Below, piece by piece: positions 12,101-23,693 of a stretch of 64,000 nucleotides of DNA (within the stretch, counting starts at the first letter, position 1; the number at the start of each line of letters is the position of its first letter). Under the pieces are notes generated by a model. The model did not search any database, was not told where the DNA came from, and saw nothing but the letters and a program-made list of their open reading frames with translations. Origin of the DNA: Scenedesmus sp. PABB004 (lineage: Eukaryota); assembly GCA_014905635.1 (NCBI GenBank), contig JABVCE010000024.1, positions 1-64,000 on the forward strand, given 5' to 3'. Position numbers and translations under genes: made by a program.

Positions 12101-14920
12101 GCCGCGCCGGACAGGCCGCGCTCGCGCAGCTCGGCGTCCAGGCGCTTGCGCGCCTCGGCCGCCAGCAGGTTGGGCACCTCGCACGCTAGCTGAAGACCGG
12201 CATTGTCAAGCACCAGCCCCGCTTCCTTGGCCGCCGCCTGCACTGCCGCCAGGTGCTCGCTGCTGGCCCGCGCCGGGAGCAGCGAGCGGGCCCCCGCAAG
12301 GAGCTGCAGGCGCCGCAGCACCGCGTCCGCCAGCGTGGTCTGCTCGCCGCCACCAGCGCCGTCGGCCCCCGACTGCCCGGTCGGGCCGACCTGCTGCAGC
12401 ACCGCGTCATATGACTCCCACAGCTGCTGCGACAGCACGCCCGCCCCCGCCAGCGCCGTCGCCGCCAGCTGCTCCCGCACGGTCGGTGCGCCGGCGCCGC
12501 TGTCGCTACCGCTGCCGCAGCCGCTGCTGGCGGCGCTGGCCCGCACCGCCTCCCTGCAGGCCGCCTCCACCGAGCCGGGCGGCGTCCAAAGCCCGAGCCC
12601 GGTCGGCTCGGCGCACGCCAGGGGCCCGCCCGCCCCAAACGGACCCGTGCGCGCCGCCGCCTCGCTGCCGCCTTGACGCGCGGCCGGCGCGCCGCCGTCG
12701 GCTGCCGCGTTGATGGCTGCGTTGGCGCCCTCAAAGCGGCGCAGCAGCTGCAGCAGCTCCACCACCTTGGCCACGGCGAGCTGCGGCTGCCGGGCCGCCT
12801 GTTGCGCCGCCTGCTGCGCCTGCTGCTGCTGCTTCTGCTGCGCCTGTTGCTGCTGCGGCTGCGGCTGCTGCTGCTGCTGCACCTGCTGCTGCTGCTGCTG
12901 CGGCTGCGGCTGCTGCGCCTGCTGCTGCTCCTCCTGCTGCTCCTGCTGCTCCTGCTGCTCCTGCTGCTCCTGCTGCTCCGGCGCGCCCTCCGTGGCCAGG
13001 TGCTGCTCGTCGTGCCAGACTTCACCCCATAGCCCCTGCAGCTGCGCCAGCACTGCCAGCAGCACTGTCGCCTGCAGCGGCACCTCGCGCTGCCAGGCGG
13101 GGCCGCCAGCGCGCTCCGCGGCCGCCAGGAAGCGCAGAATCAGCGCGCCGCCGAGCAGCCCCAGCTGTGCTGCGTCGGGGCTGGCAGCTCCAGGCAGCTC
13201 GTCACCGGCCTCTTCCTCCTCCTCCTCTGCCGGCGCGGCTGGCGCCGCTGCCGCTGCCGCTGCCGCTGCCGCTGCCGCTGCCGCTGCCGCTGCCGCTGCC
13301 GCTGCCGCTGCCGTCGCCGCTGCCGCTGCCGTCGCCGCTGCCGCCGACGGCGCTGCCGCTGCCGCCTCTGCCACCGCAGGCTCGGGCACGGCGGTGCCGC
13401 TGGCCTCGGGCTGCGTGGGGTGCAGCGCCGACGCGATCGACGCCAGCAGCGCGGTGAGGTTGGCCGCGACGCCGCCAGCGTCTGCCGGTGCCGGCTGCGC
13501 GCCCGCCTCGGCCGCCACCGCGGCGGCGGCGCCAGCCGGGGCGTGCTCGGTGGCACAGGCGGCGCACAGCCGCCACAGCGCCGCCGCGGCGTCGGGGCCG
13601 CCAGCGCCCTGCAGCAGCGCGACTGCGCGGCCGCTGTGCGCCAGCAGCGGGCTTGAGCGCGCGAACAGAAACGCCAGGCCCCCCATGCCCTCGTCGCTCA
13701 GGCCGTAGCGCGACGCAAACGCGGCGCCACGCGGCGAGCTGGCCGCCGCCTCGGGCCCGTCGGGGCTGCCGCACAGCAGCGCGAGCGCCGCCTCCAGCAT
13801 GACGTGCGCCGGCACCGCCAGCCCCATGGCCGCGGCCGCGGCCAGCGCGCCCGACCGCTCGCCTTTGAGAGACTGGGACAGCCGCAGCGCGTCGTGGCCG
13901 GGACCTTCCAGGAGTGATTCGTTCAGCGACTGCCGCACCGCCTCATCTACGAACACCCTGAGCGTCGCGCCGTGCTCGGGCGTGTCCGGCGGCAGCGGCT
14001 GCCTGCGCGGCGCGGCGCGGCGCGGCGCGGCGCGGCGCGGCGCGGCGGGCGCGGCGGCGGCTGAGCGCGCGGCAGCGCGGCCGCGGGCGCTCCCTGCCAG
14101 GGGCGCAGACCCGCCTCACCCGTCCACCAGCAGGCCGGCCGCCACGTCCGCCAGCAGCATGACGCGCACGTGCGGCGCCAGGCTGGCCAGCAGGTCCTGG
14201 TCGGCTGCGCGGCGGGGGCGGGGGCGGCGGGCGGCACGTGCTGGGCGCTGCGCGCAGCGCCTGGCGGGCGGCGCGCGGCGCGCCCCGGCGCACGGCGCAC
14301 CCTCGTCCTCCGTGCCGGCGCGGGCCGCAATGTTTTCCGCTACCTTTGTCGCGGTTCTGGCCACCTTGCTGCCGGCGTTCGTTCGCAGCACGCCAATGCA
14401 CGTGTGGGCCACGAGCAGGCGCAGCTCTGGCACGCCCCGCAGGGCCGCAAAGCCGTGCCGGCCCGCCGCCAGCCACGCAGCCATCCGCACCTGCGCGCGT
14501 GGGCGCAGCGGCGGCGGTGAGCGTGACTGCTGCGCAGCAGCAGCCGCGGCCGGCCGCACGAGGCTGCCCGCGCTCACCACGTTGACGTGCCGGGCCAGCC
14601 CGGGCTGCATGCCGTCCACCGCCGCGCCGCCGCCTCCCTCAAACAGCAGGCCTGCGACGGCCCGGGCGCGCAAGCCCGTGAGAACGCGCGCGCGCTCGCC
14701 GCGCTGACGGCGGACGTGCCGACGCGCGCGCGCGCGCGCGCGCGCGATTGCGCGCCGCACCCGGGTCGTGGGGCGTGTCCAGCGGCAGCAGCAGCCCAGC
14801 GCGCCGGATGGCATTGACCGCTGAATCGAACAGCTCTGCGACGGCTTTTTGCTGCGCCGGATGCATGAGGTGGCCGTGGGCCAGCAGCCACGCCTCGCGG
14901 GCCTGCGCGACGCTCGTCAT
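9101..14920 (-). CDS. Large hypothetical protein with poly-Ala/poly-Gln tracts and a C-terminal MYND-type zinc finger; multi-exon
   Basis: Spliced ORF from MTSVAQAREAWLLAHGH to DDASLLEELD*; contains CSECG...CAACGAVWFCSTSCRAAWW..DWHDVHC. Confidence 0.75.
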
Positions 14921-16337
14921 CGCGGCCGCTGCAGCGGCAGGCGCCGCCGTTGAATGGGCAGCCACCGGCCTCCTCGTGCAGCCGCCGCTGCTGCCGCCGC
15001 CGCCGCTGCCGCTGCCGCTGCCGCTGCCCTCCTGCTGTCCTCGAGTGTGCGCGCGGTAACCAGCAGCACCGGCCGGACGATGCGCGCGGCGGGCTGCGCG
15101 AGGCCCGCCGCCGCTGCTGCTGCGGGCCGGCCGCCGCTGCTGTCGCTGCCGCCGCCGCTCACGAGCGAACTCGCACTGTCCGCATTGGAGCGTCTGGCCG
15201 CGCGTCACCAAATGGGGGTAACGTTTTGGTTGGAAATTCCCAAATGCCCCGACCAAGAACCGCCGGGTGCAAAGCCGCGCAGTCCGTTCGCTCTCGGCGC
15301 ACTGCGCATCACGCCCGGCCGCTCCCCAGCGCCGCCGACACGGGAGGCGGCACCTTGAGCAGCTGCGCAAACACGGAGGCAGAGCGCAGCAGCGCCGCCT
15401 GGGTGTCCGCCAGCGCGGCCTGCTGCGCGGCGAGCTGCGCCTGCGTCGCGCGCGCCGCCCGGGAGAGGCCCGCAGTGTCGTCGACCAGCGCCGCGACCAC
15501 GCCCTCCACGCTGCGGCAGGCGCGGCCCTGCGGCACGCGCGCCGCGCGGTCGTCGGCGCGCGGCGCCGGCGGGCGGCGCGCAGCGCGCGCTGCGCGCGCG
15601 GCGCGGCGCGGCGCGCTGCGGCCGGCCGCGCGCACCTGCTGCGCCGCCAGCGCGTCGACCTTGCCCTCCAGCGCCGCCACGACGCGCAGGGAGGCCTTGG
15701 GGCTGGCTGCCTCCGCGCCCTCGAGCCCGCCCAGGCGGCCCGCGAGCGCGGCCGCGCCCGCCTCGCTGCGCTGTACCGCGCCGGCCAGGTCCGACACCGC
15801 AGCGCGCAGGCTCGCGCCCTCCTGCGCCAGGCGCGCCAGGTCGGATGCCAGCAGGTCGGTCGCGGCGGCGGCGTCGCGGCGCAGCGCCGCCGCGCTGGCC
15901 TCGACCGCGGCGTCGATGAGGCCCGGCGCGTGCGCGCTGACGCCGGCCGCCACCAGGCGCGGCACGTGCTCGCGCAGCGCCTCGCGCGCCAGGCCGACGA
16001 CCTGGCGGCCGCGCCGCGGCGCCCGCGGGCCGCGCGGCGTCAGCAACAGGAGAGGCAAGCGGCGAGCGTCAGCTCCTCGCCCCCCCCCCCCCCCCCGCCG
16101 CCCTTCCCCCAACAGCACACACACCTGGCCGCGCTGCGTCGGGTTGAGCGCCGCCGCTGCCGCGTCGTCCGCCGCCGCCGCCTGGCCCCGCTCCAGCTTG
16201 CTCAGCTGCGCGCGCAGGGCGGCGACCTCCCCCCGCAGCGCCTCCAGCCCCTCCTCCGCGCCGCACACTCGCTCGAGCTTGGCGTCCAGCCGCACCTCCA
16301 GGCGGCAGAGCGAGCCGAGCTTGGCCTGCACGCTGTC
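12878..16337. repeat. Direct segmental duplication, copy 1 (~3.46 kb), matching 32560-35948
   Basis: Near-identical sequence and identical ORF translations; copies differ by a few SNPs and microsatellite lengths. Confidence 0.97.
15309..16337 (-). pseudogene. 5'-truncated duplicate of the coiled-coil protein gene at 34924-36474
   Basis: Same exons (..QAKLGSLCRLEVRLDAKLERV.. to ..VSAALGSGRA*) but cut at the 16337 junction. Confidence 0.8.
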
Positions 16338-16355
16338 TCAAGGTTTGGGCGGGGC

Positions 16356-17535
16356 GGGCCTGACCGTCGACAAGCGCCACCTGCACCTGTGGCAGGCGTG
16401 GGGCGTCATGGAGTTCCAGGTGCGCCGCCGGGCGCCGCGGCAGCGCGCGCGCGCGCACACAACGCTGCCGCGCGAGCCGACCCCGCGCCGCGCCCGCGCG
16501 CCGCGCGCGCCCGCGGCGCAGGCCGGCAACTACGACGAGGCGCGGCGCCTCTTCCAGGAGGGCGTGTGGGCGGACCCGGGCAACCGCGACGTCGTCTTCA
16601 TCTTCCAGGCCTGGGGCGTGCTCGAGCAGCGCGCGGGCAACGCGCCTCTCGCGCGCGAGCTCTTCAAGGCGGCGCTCAAGGTCGACCCCAAGAACGAGTC
16701 CACCTGGGCGACCTGGATCGCGATGGAGGAGGACCTAGGCCGCCTCGAGGCCGCGAACGAGCTCCGCATCCGGCGCAGCGAGCAGCAGTGGGAGTTTGTC
16801 ATCCCCGCGAGCTTCTCGACGCGCCCCGACGGCGGCGGCGGTGCCGGCGCCAACGGCGGCGGCGCCGCCGCAGCCGGCGGCCTGCTCGGGTCGCTGCTCG
16901 GCACGCTGAACCGGTTCTTCAGCGCGCGCAGCGGCGCCGGCCCCGCTGAGCGCGGCGCCGGCGGCGCGGCGGGCGCGGAGCGCGCGGGCGGCGCGAGCGC
17001 GGGCGCCGGCGCGCTCGGCGCGGCGCTCAACGGCGGCCCCGGCGCGGAGCAGCAGGCGGCGCTCATGCGCGAGCTGCTGCCGTCGGACTTCAGGGCCGAC
17101 CTGACGCTGGAGGATATCATCAGCGAGGCCTCGGCGCTCGAGGTCGGCGGCGCGGCAGGCGGCGCCAGCGGCAGCAGCGGCGGCGGCGGCGGCAGCGGCG
17201 GCGGCGACGCCGGCGGCGACGCGGGCCGCGGCGCGCCGGGCGGCGGCCGCGCGGCAGCAGGCGCTGCCGAGGCGGGCGGCGGCGGCGTGGCGGCGGCGAC
17301 AGCCGGCGGCCAGGAGCAGCCCGCCGCGCCGGCGCCGGCGCCAGAGGCGGGAGCTGCAGCTGCAGCGGCCGCCGGCGGCGGCGGCGATGGCGGGCGGCGC
17401 GGCAGCGGCCGGCAGCTGTTCCGCAAGCAGCGGCAGCAGGACCGCACGGACCGGGAGATGGGGCTGCAAGCGCGGCCCGCGCGCCCGCCTGCTGCTGGAA
17501 AGCAGCAGCAGCAGGAGCAGCAGCAGCAGCAGTAG
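16356..17535 (+). pseudogene. MBB1: 3' part (last two exons) of a HAT/TPR chloroplast RNA-maturation factor, Mbb1/HCF107-like; 5' part absent from this locus
   Basis: HAT repeats HLWQAWGVMEFQ/AGNYDEARRLFQEG, FQAWGVLEQRAGNAPLARELFKAALKVDPKNESTWATWIAMEEDLG..ELRIRRSEQQWEFVIP; upstream sequence is unrelated duplicated DNA. Confidence 0.75.
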
Positions 17536-17632
17536 GCGGGCGCCGCGGCGTGTGGTTACAGCCAGAGAGCGAGAGACGCAGCCTGAGTGCGTCGCGCCGA
17601 GCAGTCGGGTAAGCGAGCTTCACGCTTGCGCC

Positions 17633-18163
17633 TCAGGGCCCCTCGCCCAGCAGCTCGCCAGCGCCATCTGTCGCGTCGCGGCCGCTGCTGCTGCTGTACG
17701 ATGGCGCCGACGCCGCCAGCCGCGCGGTGGCGCGCAGCCGCGCGCTCGCCGCGCCCCGCACGCTCGAGCCAGTGCCGCCGCGCCCGACGGCGCGCCCGCC
17801 TTCGCCGTCGCCCGGCGCGTGGCGGCCGCCAGTGACGCCGCCGTCGTTGCGGTTGACGTTGCGCGTGATCGTCCGCGAGCCGTGCTTGACACCACCGTCC
17901 AGCAGGCGCCGCCGCAGCGCCGCGCCGCCCAGCTCCGTCCCGTCAGCGGCTCGCTCGCCGCCGCCCCTGCCGCCGCGCTCCTGCTGCTGCAGGTGCCTGG
18001 TCGTGTGCTCCTCACTGGCGGCGTCGGCCGGGACCAGCTCCGGCGACGCGCCCAGCCGCTGCCGCGCTGGCTCGTGGAGCGCGGCGCGGCCGAGCGGCCG
18101 CGCCGCTGCCGCGCGGCCGAGCGGCACCACCACCAGCAGGCAGATCGCCAGAGCCACGCCCAT
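17633..18163 (-). CDS. Small single-exon secreted precursor protein
   Basis: Signal-like N-terminus MGVALAICLLVVVPLGRAAAA; RHLQQ and RRRLL motifs; TGTAA signal on the minus strand at 17556-17560. Confidence 0.55.
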   Translation of the reverse strand: MGVALAICLLVVVPLGRAAAARPLGRAALHEPARQRLGASPELVPADAASEEHTTRHLQQQERGGRGGGERAADGTELGGAALRRRLLDGGVKHGSRTITRNVNRNDGGVTGGRHAPGDGEGGRAVGRGGTGSSVRGAASARLRATARLAASAPSYSSSSGRDATDGAGELLGEGP

Positions 18164-18630
18164 CACCGGCGGCGCCTACAGGTCGAGCGTGCGGCGGCGG
18201 GAGGTCGGCGCAGCGCCGCAGCCTGGCCACCGCCCGCGCCGCGCGACGGCAGGCACCGTTGCGCCTGCAGGCCGGCTGGGATGGGCTGAAGGGCTACCAG
18301 CGCCCTGATCCGAGCCGGGAGCGGCCTGCGGCGTGCGGGGCGCGAGGGGCGCAGCTGGCTCCGCGATGTTTCGTGTCGCGGCGCACCTGGCCGCGCCCCC
18401 GGGCTCTACCGGCTCGTGCACAGGCTCCCGGCTCGCAATTAAACTGTCGAGTGCCTCTGCCAGGCTCGCCGCGATCCCCTGACGCAAGCTGCTCTGCCTT
18501 TGGGCACGCCTCCCCCGCGGGCTCTCCTGAGGGCGCTGTGCTTCGCGGCTGCGCGCGTCCAGATCGGAGACTGCGGGGCCACTGCGGGGCCAGAAAGCGC
18601 AGCCGGCTACAAGTCAACGGCCGCCCGGAT

Positions 18631-19888
18631 TCAGAGCGCCGCCGCCGCGCCGGTGGGCTCGCGCGTGAAGACGAACGTTCCCGCCGCGCCTGCGCCCGCG
18701 GTGGCGCGGCCGATGAGCATACTGTCGTCGAGGTAAGTGAGAAGGTACGGCGCCGCGACGCCGCGCCCCTCGGCGACCTGCTGCGCGTTCCGAAACGGGA
18801 AGACCACCTTGAACTGCTCGGAGCGCCAGGGGCGCGAGCGGGGAGGGAGCGAGAGTGGGAGGCAGGTCGCGCGCGCGGCAGAGCGTCAGCCCCCGCGGCG
18901 CGGCGCGGCGCGGCGCGGCGCGGCGCGCACCTCGCGGAGCGCCAGCAGCAGCTGCTGCTGGAGCCAGCCGCGCGGCAGCAGCGCCGGCGCAAGCAGCGCC
19001 TCGAGCGCGGGGCTGATGCGCACGCGGCCGAGCTGCGCCTCCTCAAACGTGAGCGCGATGCGCCGCCCGCTGCAGACCGTGTACCTACCGCGGCGCGCCG
19101 CGGCGCGCGCGCTGCGTCGGCGGCAGCGCACGGGGCGCGACCAGGGGCGGCGGCCGCGCGCCGGCGCGGCGCCCGCGCGCCCGCGCGCGCCGCGCGTGCC
19201 GCTCACGACGCGCCGACGGTGAATGTGAGGCCATTCTCCTCCGTCCCCGGCAGCGTGAACTGGATGACGTTCTCCACGCGCCCCTCGCCCGGCGGCGAGA
19301 AGCGCTGGAAGACGCCGCCGACGCGCAGCGGCGCGGGCAGGCCGCCCGGGAGGTGCGGCGCCTCGCCCAGCCCCACGATCGGCACCTGCGGCGCGGGCGG
19401 CCGGGCGGGCGTGGGCGCGGGCGGGCGTGGGCGGCCGGGCGGGCTGGGCGCTGGGGCGCCGCGTTGGGGGCCGCGCGCGCTGGGACACGCACCACGTCCG
19501 CCGCGGTCGTGTACGCAAGGCGCCACGTGCCCGCCAGCAGCTCATAGTCGAGGTCACCGACCGCGCACGCCTCGACCGCGACCTGCGCCTCCTCGATCTG
19601 CCCCCGCAGCGCCTTGCCCGCCCGCGCGCCGCGCGCCGTGCCGGCGACCCACGCCAGCAGCGCCGACTTGGCCGCCGCCGCGTCGGGCGGCGCCGCCGGT
19701 GCCGCCGGCGCCGCCGCCGCGCCGCAGCGGCAGCGGCGCGCCCGCGCGGCGTGTGGCTGCGGCGCAGGCGGTGCCGCCGCGCCGCGGCCGCCGGCGCGGC
19801 AGCTGCTGGGGCGGGCCAGAGCGGCGGGCCGGCCGCTGCTGGACGCCACGCCGGCGCTGCGGCCGGCGGCGCTGCAGGCTGCGGCCAT
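18631..19888 (-). CDS. Plastid lipid-associated protein / fibrillin (PAP); 4 exons
   Basis: KSALLAWVAGTARG, LAGTWRLAYTTAADV, RVENVIQF, RIALTFEEAQL, YLLTYLDDSMLIGRA..GTFVFTR; transit-peptide-like N-terminus. Confidence 0.9.
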
Positions 19889-20169
19889 GGTGCGCACACT
19901 GCGCGGTGCCGCTGGTGGGTGCTGGCTCGTCCGGCGGGCTGCTGTGTGTGGGAATGACCTGGCGCGCGCGCTGGCACCACTGGGAGCGCAGAACAAACAA
20001 CAAAGCAAGTTGAGCCCTCGGCCAACCGGTCGGTCGCCTCTCCTCTGCTCCTTGTGGGAGCGCTGCTGCCCCCGCCGCCTCAGACCCGACCTCCACACTC
20101 ACGCCAGCAGCGATCCGCACCGAGCGGCGCGCCCGGCACCGAGCGGCGCTCGGCGGCGCCGCCGCAGCG

Positions 20170-21139
20170 ATGGCGCGGCGCGGCCGCGACCGCGGGCCGC
20201 TGGCGCTCCAGGCGCTCCTGCTGCTGGCCGCGGCGCACGCCGCGCTGGCGCTGAGCAGCCGGGAGTGCGAGGAGCTGGGGTGCGCGGCCGGTGGCGCTGG
20301 CGTCTTCGCTGCCGCTGCTGGCCGCCTGCGCCGCAGCCGGGTCCGCTGCTGCTGGCCCCTGGCCGCTGCAGCGAGCGAGCGTGCCGCCGCCGCCGTGCCC
20401 GTAGGTTCACGGGCCTGCAGAGCTGCTCCGACTGCGAGTCGATGGCCGAGTTCGTCAAGGACGAGGGTGCGTTCAGGGCGGCAGGCGGCCTCATGCAGGC
20501 TGCGAGCGCACCGCCGCGCCGGACCCCGGCGCGCGCACGTCGTCGACGGGCGGCGCTGCTGCCGCGCCGCAGAGCTCACGGCCGACTGCAAGCGCTGCTG
20601 CGTGGCGGACGCGGACGACGCGGGCGCCAAGTACGTGAGCGCGCGCCTGGAGGTCTGCCCCTACAGACTCAAGTGCGGCCAGCGGCGGCGGCGGCAGCGC
20701 GGGCCGGCGGCGGGCGCGGCGCGGTCGGCGGCGACGCGCGCGCCCCCGCCCCGCTCACGCCACGCCGTTGGCGCCGGCGCCGCCCCGGCCGTGCGTGTGC
20801 GCGCGCCGCAGCGGGCTGCCTCACATCAAGGACTTTATCGACAAGCACGCGGCTCGCTGCAAGGGCCAGCTCAAGGCGCGCCCTCGCTCGGCGCCGGCCC
20901 GCCGCCGCCCTCAGCGCGCGCCGGCTCGCCCCGCCGCCCTCGCTCAGCGCCCGCCCGCCGCCGCCCTCACTCAGGTTATCGAGCGTGTGGGCTCGTACCC
21001 CACGCTCACGCTGGTCGGTGCCGGCGGCGAGAAAAAGTCGGCGCTCGTTGACAACTGGCGCGTGCCGACGATCCACGAGTTCCTCGCAAAGCTCGAGCCG
21101 GCCGCGCCCAAGGCAGCCAAGAAAAAGAAGACGAAGTGA
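20170..21139 (+). CDS. Selenoprotein F (Sep15)-like ER thioredoxin-fold protein, no selenocysteine; 5 exons
   Basis: Signal peptide, ECEELGFTGLQSCSDC, DCKRCC, YVSARLEVCPYRLNGLPHIKDFI, GSYPTL, VDNWRVPTIHEFL. Confidence 0.88.
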
Positions 21140-21484
21140 GCGCGCCGGCTGTGGCTTCGGCGAGCGAGTCGAACGCAGGCCGGTTGTTAACCCAGGCCGA
21201 GCTCAACCCGAGTTAACCCAGGCCGAGGCCCAACCCCGAGGACCTCAACCCCGAGGACCTCGCGCCGTGCGCTGCCGTTGGCACCGCGCCGCCGCGGCGG
21301 TCCAGCCCCCGCGTGGGTCAGCGCGCCTCCCACTCCGCGCGTCCAGCTCCTGGCGGCTAACTGGCGGCTAGGTCATGAGGCCCGCCGCAGCACGAACGGC
21401 GACCACAAACGGCGACCACACAGACTGCGCTCGCCGCCGCCCGCAGCGACCCACCCCGCCCACGCCCTGCCGCTGGCGGGCGCG

Positions 21485-22623
21485 ATGCTGCCGCTGGCAG
21501 CGAGCCCCGTGGCCGGCGGACGGGCCGGGCCGCTGCGCGCGGCGGCGGCGGTGGCAGCGGCCGCGGCAGCAGCTGAGGCGAGTGGTGGCGACAGGGCGCT
21601 GCACGTCCTGGCCTGGTGCGTGTGCGAGTGCCTGAACTGTTCGGAACGCCCTCGCCTGCACCCACAGACGTGCGCACTCTGTCTGGCACGCCGCCACGCA
21701 GGGGGCGCAACGCGGAGCTCCAGTGTGCCGTCGAGGGCGGCCTGCCGATAGTGGCACGGCCGACGCCGGTGCTGGAGCTGCATGGCCTGCCGGTTCTTGG
21801 GCTGGCGGCCGGGCCGCTGAGCTCGGCGGCGGTCGCGGGCGCGGCGGGCGCGTGGACGTGGGGCGACGGCGCCGCCGGCGCGCTGGGCCACGGCAGCGCG
21901 GGCCGCGTGGCGGCACCGTGCCGCGTCGAGGCGCTCGCGGGCGGCCGCGCGGCGGCGCTGCGCGGCGTGTCGCTGGGGCACTCGCACACTCTCTTCTTTG
22001 ACGCCGCGGGCGCGCTGTGGGCGTGCGGCGAGGGAAAAGAGGGGCAGCTGGGCCTCTCCCAGCCGCTGCAGGAGCTCGCGGCGCAGCACCGGCGGGCCTG
22101 GGCCCAGGCGCAGCTGCCCGGCGGCGCGCTGCCCGGCCGGCGGCCGGGCGTGGAGCGCGCCGCGCAGCTGCTCAGGGCGGCGGCGCCCGAGCCGGCTGGC
22201 CACGTCGCGCAGGGCTGGGGGAGCCTCGCGGGCCCCGGCGGCGGCGGCCAGGCACGGCAGCAGCTCGCGGCGGCGCTGCAATCCGGCGGCGGCTGGGCGC
22301 GCAGCGCCGCGCGGCGCGGCTGGCCGCCAGCGAGCCTGGGCGGCGGCCTGTTTGGCGGCGGCAGCGGCGCCGACCTCGGCATGAGCCTGGGCGCGTGGGG
22401 CGGCGGCGCTGACCTGGAGACCCACCTGCACGGTGTGGGCCTGCAGCCGGGCCAGTACGGCACGCCCGCGCGCGTCGGCGCGGGCAGCTGCGCCTCGCTG
22501 CTGGGCCTCGGAGAGCGCGGCGGCGGCGGCGGCGGCGCGTCGGCGGCGGCGGAGGACGAGGAGGCCAGCCTGGGCGCTGAAGTCGTGGTGGACGCCGCGG
22601 CGGGCAAGTTTTTCAGCGTGCTG
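21485..22623 (+). pseudogene. RCC1-repeat (UVR8/HERC-like) gene, 5' half, interrupted by an insertion
   Basis: VLAW/GRNAELQC, AWTWGDGAAGALGHG, VSLGHSHTLF..GALWACGEGKEGQLG; stops mid-repeat at VVDAAAGKFFSVL. Confidence 0.85.
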
Positions 22624-22750
22624 CGGCGGCCGGAGACACGGCCGCCGTCGCGCGCGCGTGCGCGCGCGCGCCTGGGCGCACCGGGCGTCTGAGGTGCGGA
22701 ACGACGTAAAGATGCATGTGCCGCCGACCAGCGCCGCCGGCCGCAGAACC

Positions 22751-23032
22751 ACGCTGTGGTACTTCTGCCCCGACGTCGCGGGCGCGCGCGCCGCTGCCGC
22801 GCCCATGCAGGACGACGTCGCAGAGCTGCACCACGCTGCGGACGCGCTGGTGGACGCGTGTGAGGCGCACGCGGACACCTTTGCAGCCACCTTTGGCGCC
22901 GAGCAGATCGCGGAGCGTGAGGCCGCCATCGCGCGGCAGGCGGAGGCCGCGCAGAGCCGCACGCGCGACGCTGCCAAGCGCGCGCTCGCGGCGCACGTGC
23001 TGCTCATGGGCGGCGGCGGGCGGGCCGCGTGA
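22751..23032 (+). other. Orphan helical coding fragment inside the insertion (possible captured exon)
   Basis: After a CCGCAG acceptor it reads TTLWYFCPDVAG..MQDDVAELHHAADALVDACEAHADTFAATFGAEQIAEREAAIARQ..*, with protein-like composition unlike the spurious ORFs. Confidence 0.4.
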
Positions 23033-23564
23033 GGGCGCGCGGTGGCGGTGGCGGTCGGGCGCACCCTGGTGCTGCGGGAGGTGCAGGAGGCCATGCCAAG
23101 CGCCAGCGGCGGCCGCCTGGTCCCCGCGCCTGGTCCCCAGCCGCCTGCTCCCCGCGGCGACCTGCGCAGTGGTGGTCGAGGACTCGCGCTGTACGAGGGC
23201 GCGGTGGGCGGCGGCTAGCGGCGCAGCGGGCAGGCCAAACGGCGGCCAGCCCTGAGTCTGGCGGCTGCTGCGCAGCACGACGAATTTGGCGACGCGCGCG
23301 ACTGCTGATGCAGCGGGCGGCTGCGGGCTGCGCAGGCGGGTGCCACCCAGTGGGTGCGGCGGCTGCTGCCGTCTCGCGGGCGCGGCCGGGTCACGGCAAG
23401 GCGGTTTCTCAACCGAGTCCGATTCTTCACCGTGTGCGCCACGCCAATCCCGAGCGCGGTCGGAGCGCACCGCGAGGGAAAAAACTACGCGGCCGCGCCC
23501 CCGCAACCGAGCTCTCGCGAGCAGCACCACCGAACACCCGCACATATGTAGTATTGAGCACTGA

Positions 23565-23569
23565 TTACA
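23565..23569 (-). promoter_or_regulatory. Putative TGTAA polyadenylation signal of the cargo gene
   Basis: TTACA on + strand in an AT-richer patch about 360 nt past the stop at 23928; TGTAA is the established chlorophyte signal. Confidence 0.45.
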
Positions 23570-23693
23570 CAACGTCGCCGCCGTCTCTGCCGCCTCGCGC
23601 GCCACCGCCGCCGTCAACGCTGCCTCGCCCGCCGTCGCCGCCGAGCCTGCCGTCGCAGCCGCAGCCAGCCAAGCCTGCCGCCGTCGCCGCCTC

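Noticed and set aside
14950..17535. 861-aa ORF as a fusion protein
   Set aside because: The first half is the antisense of the coiled-coil gene; only the part after about 16356 is real Mbb1-like coding sequence.
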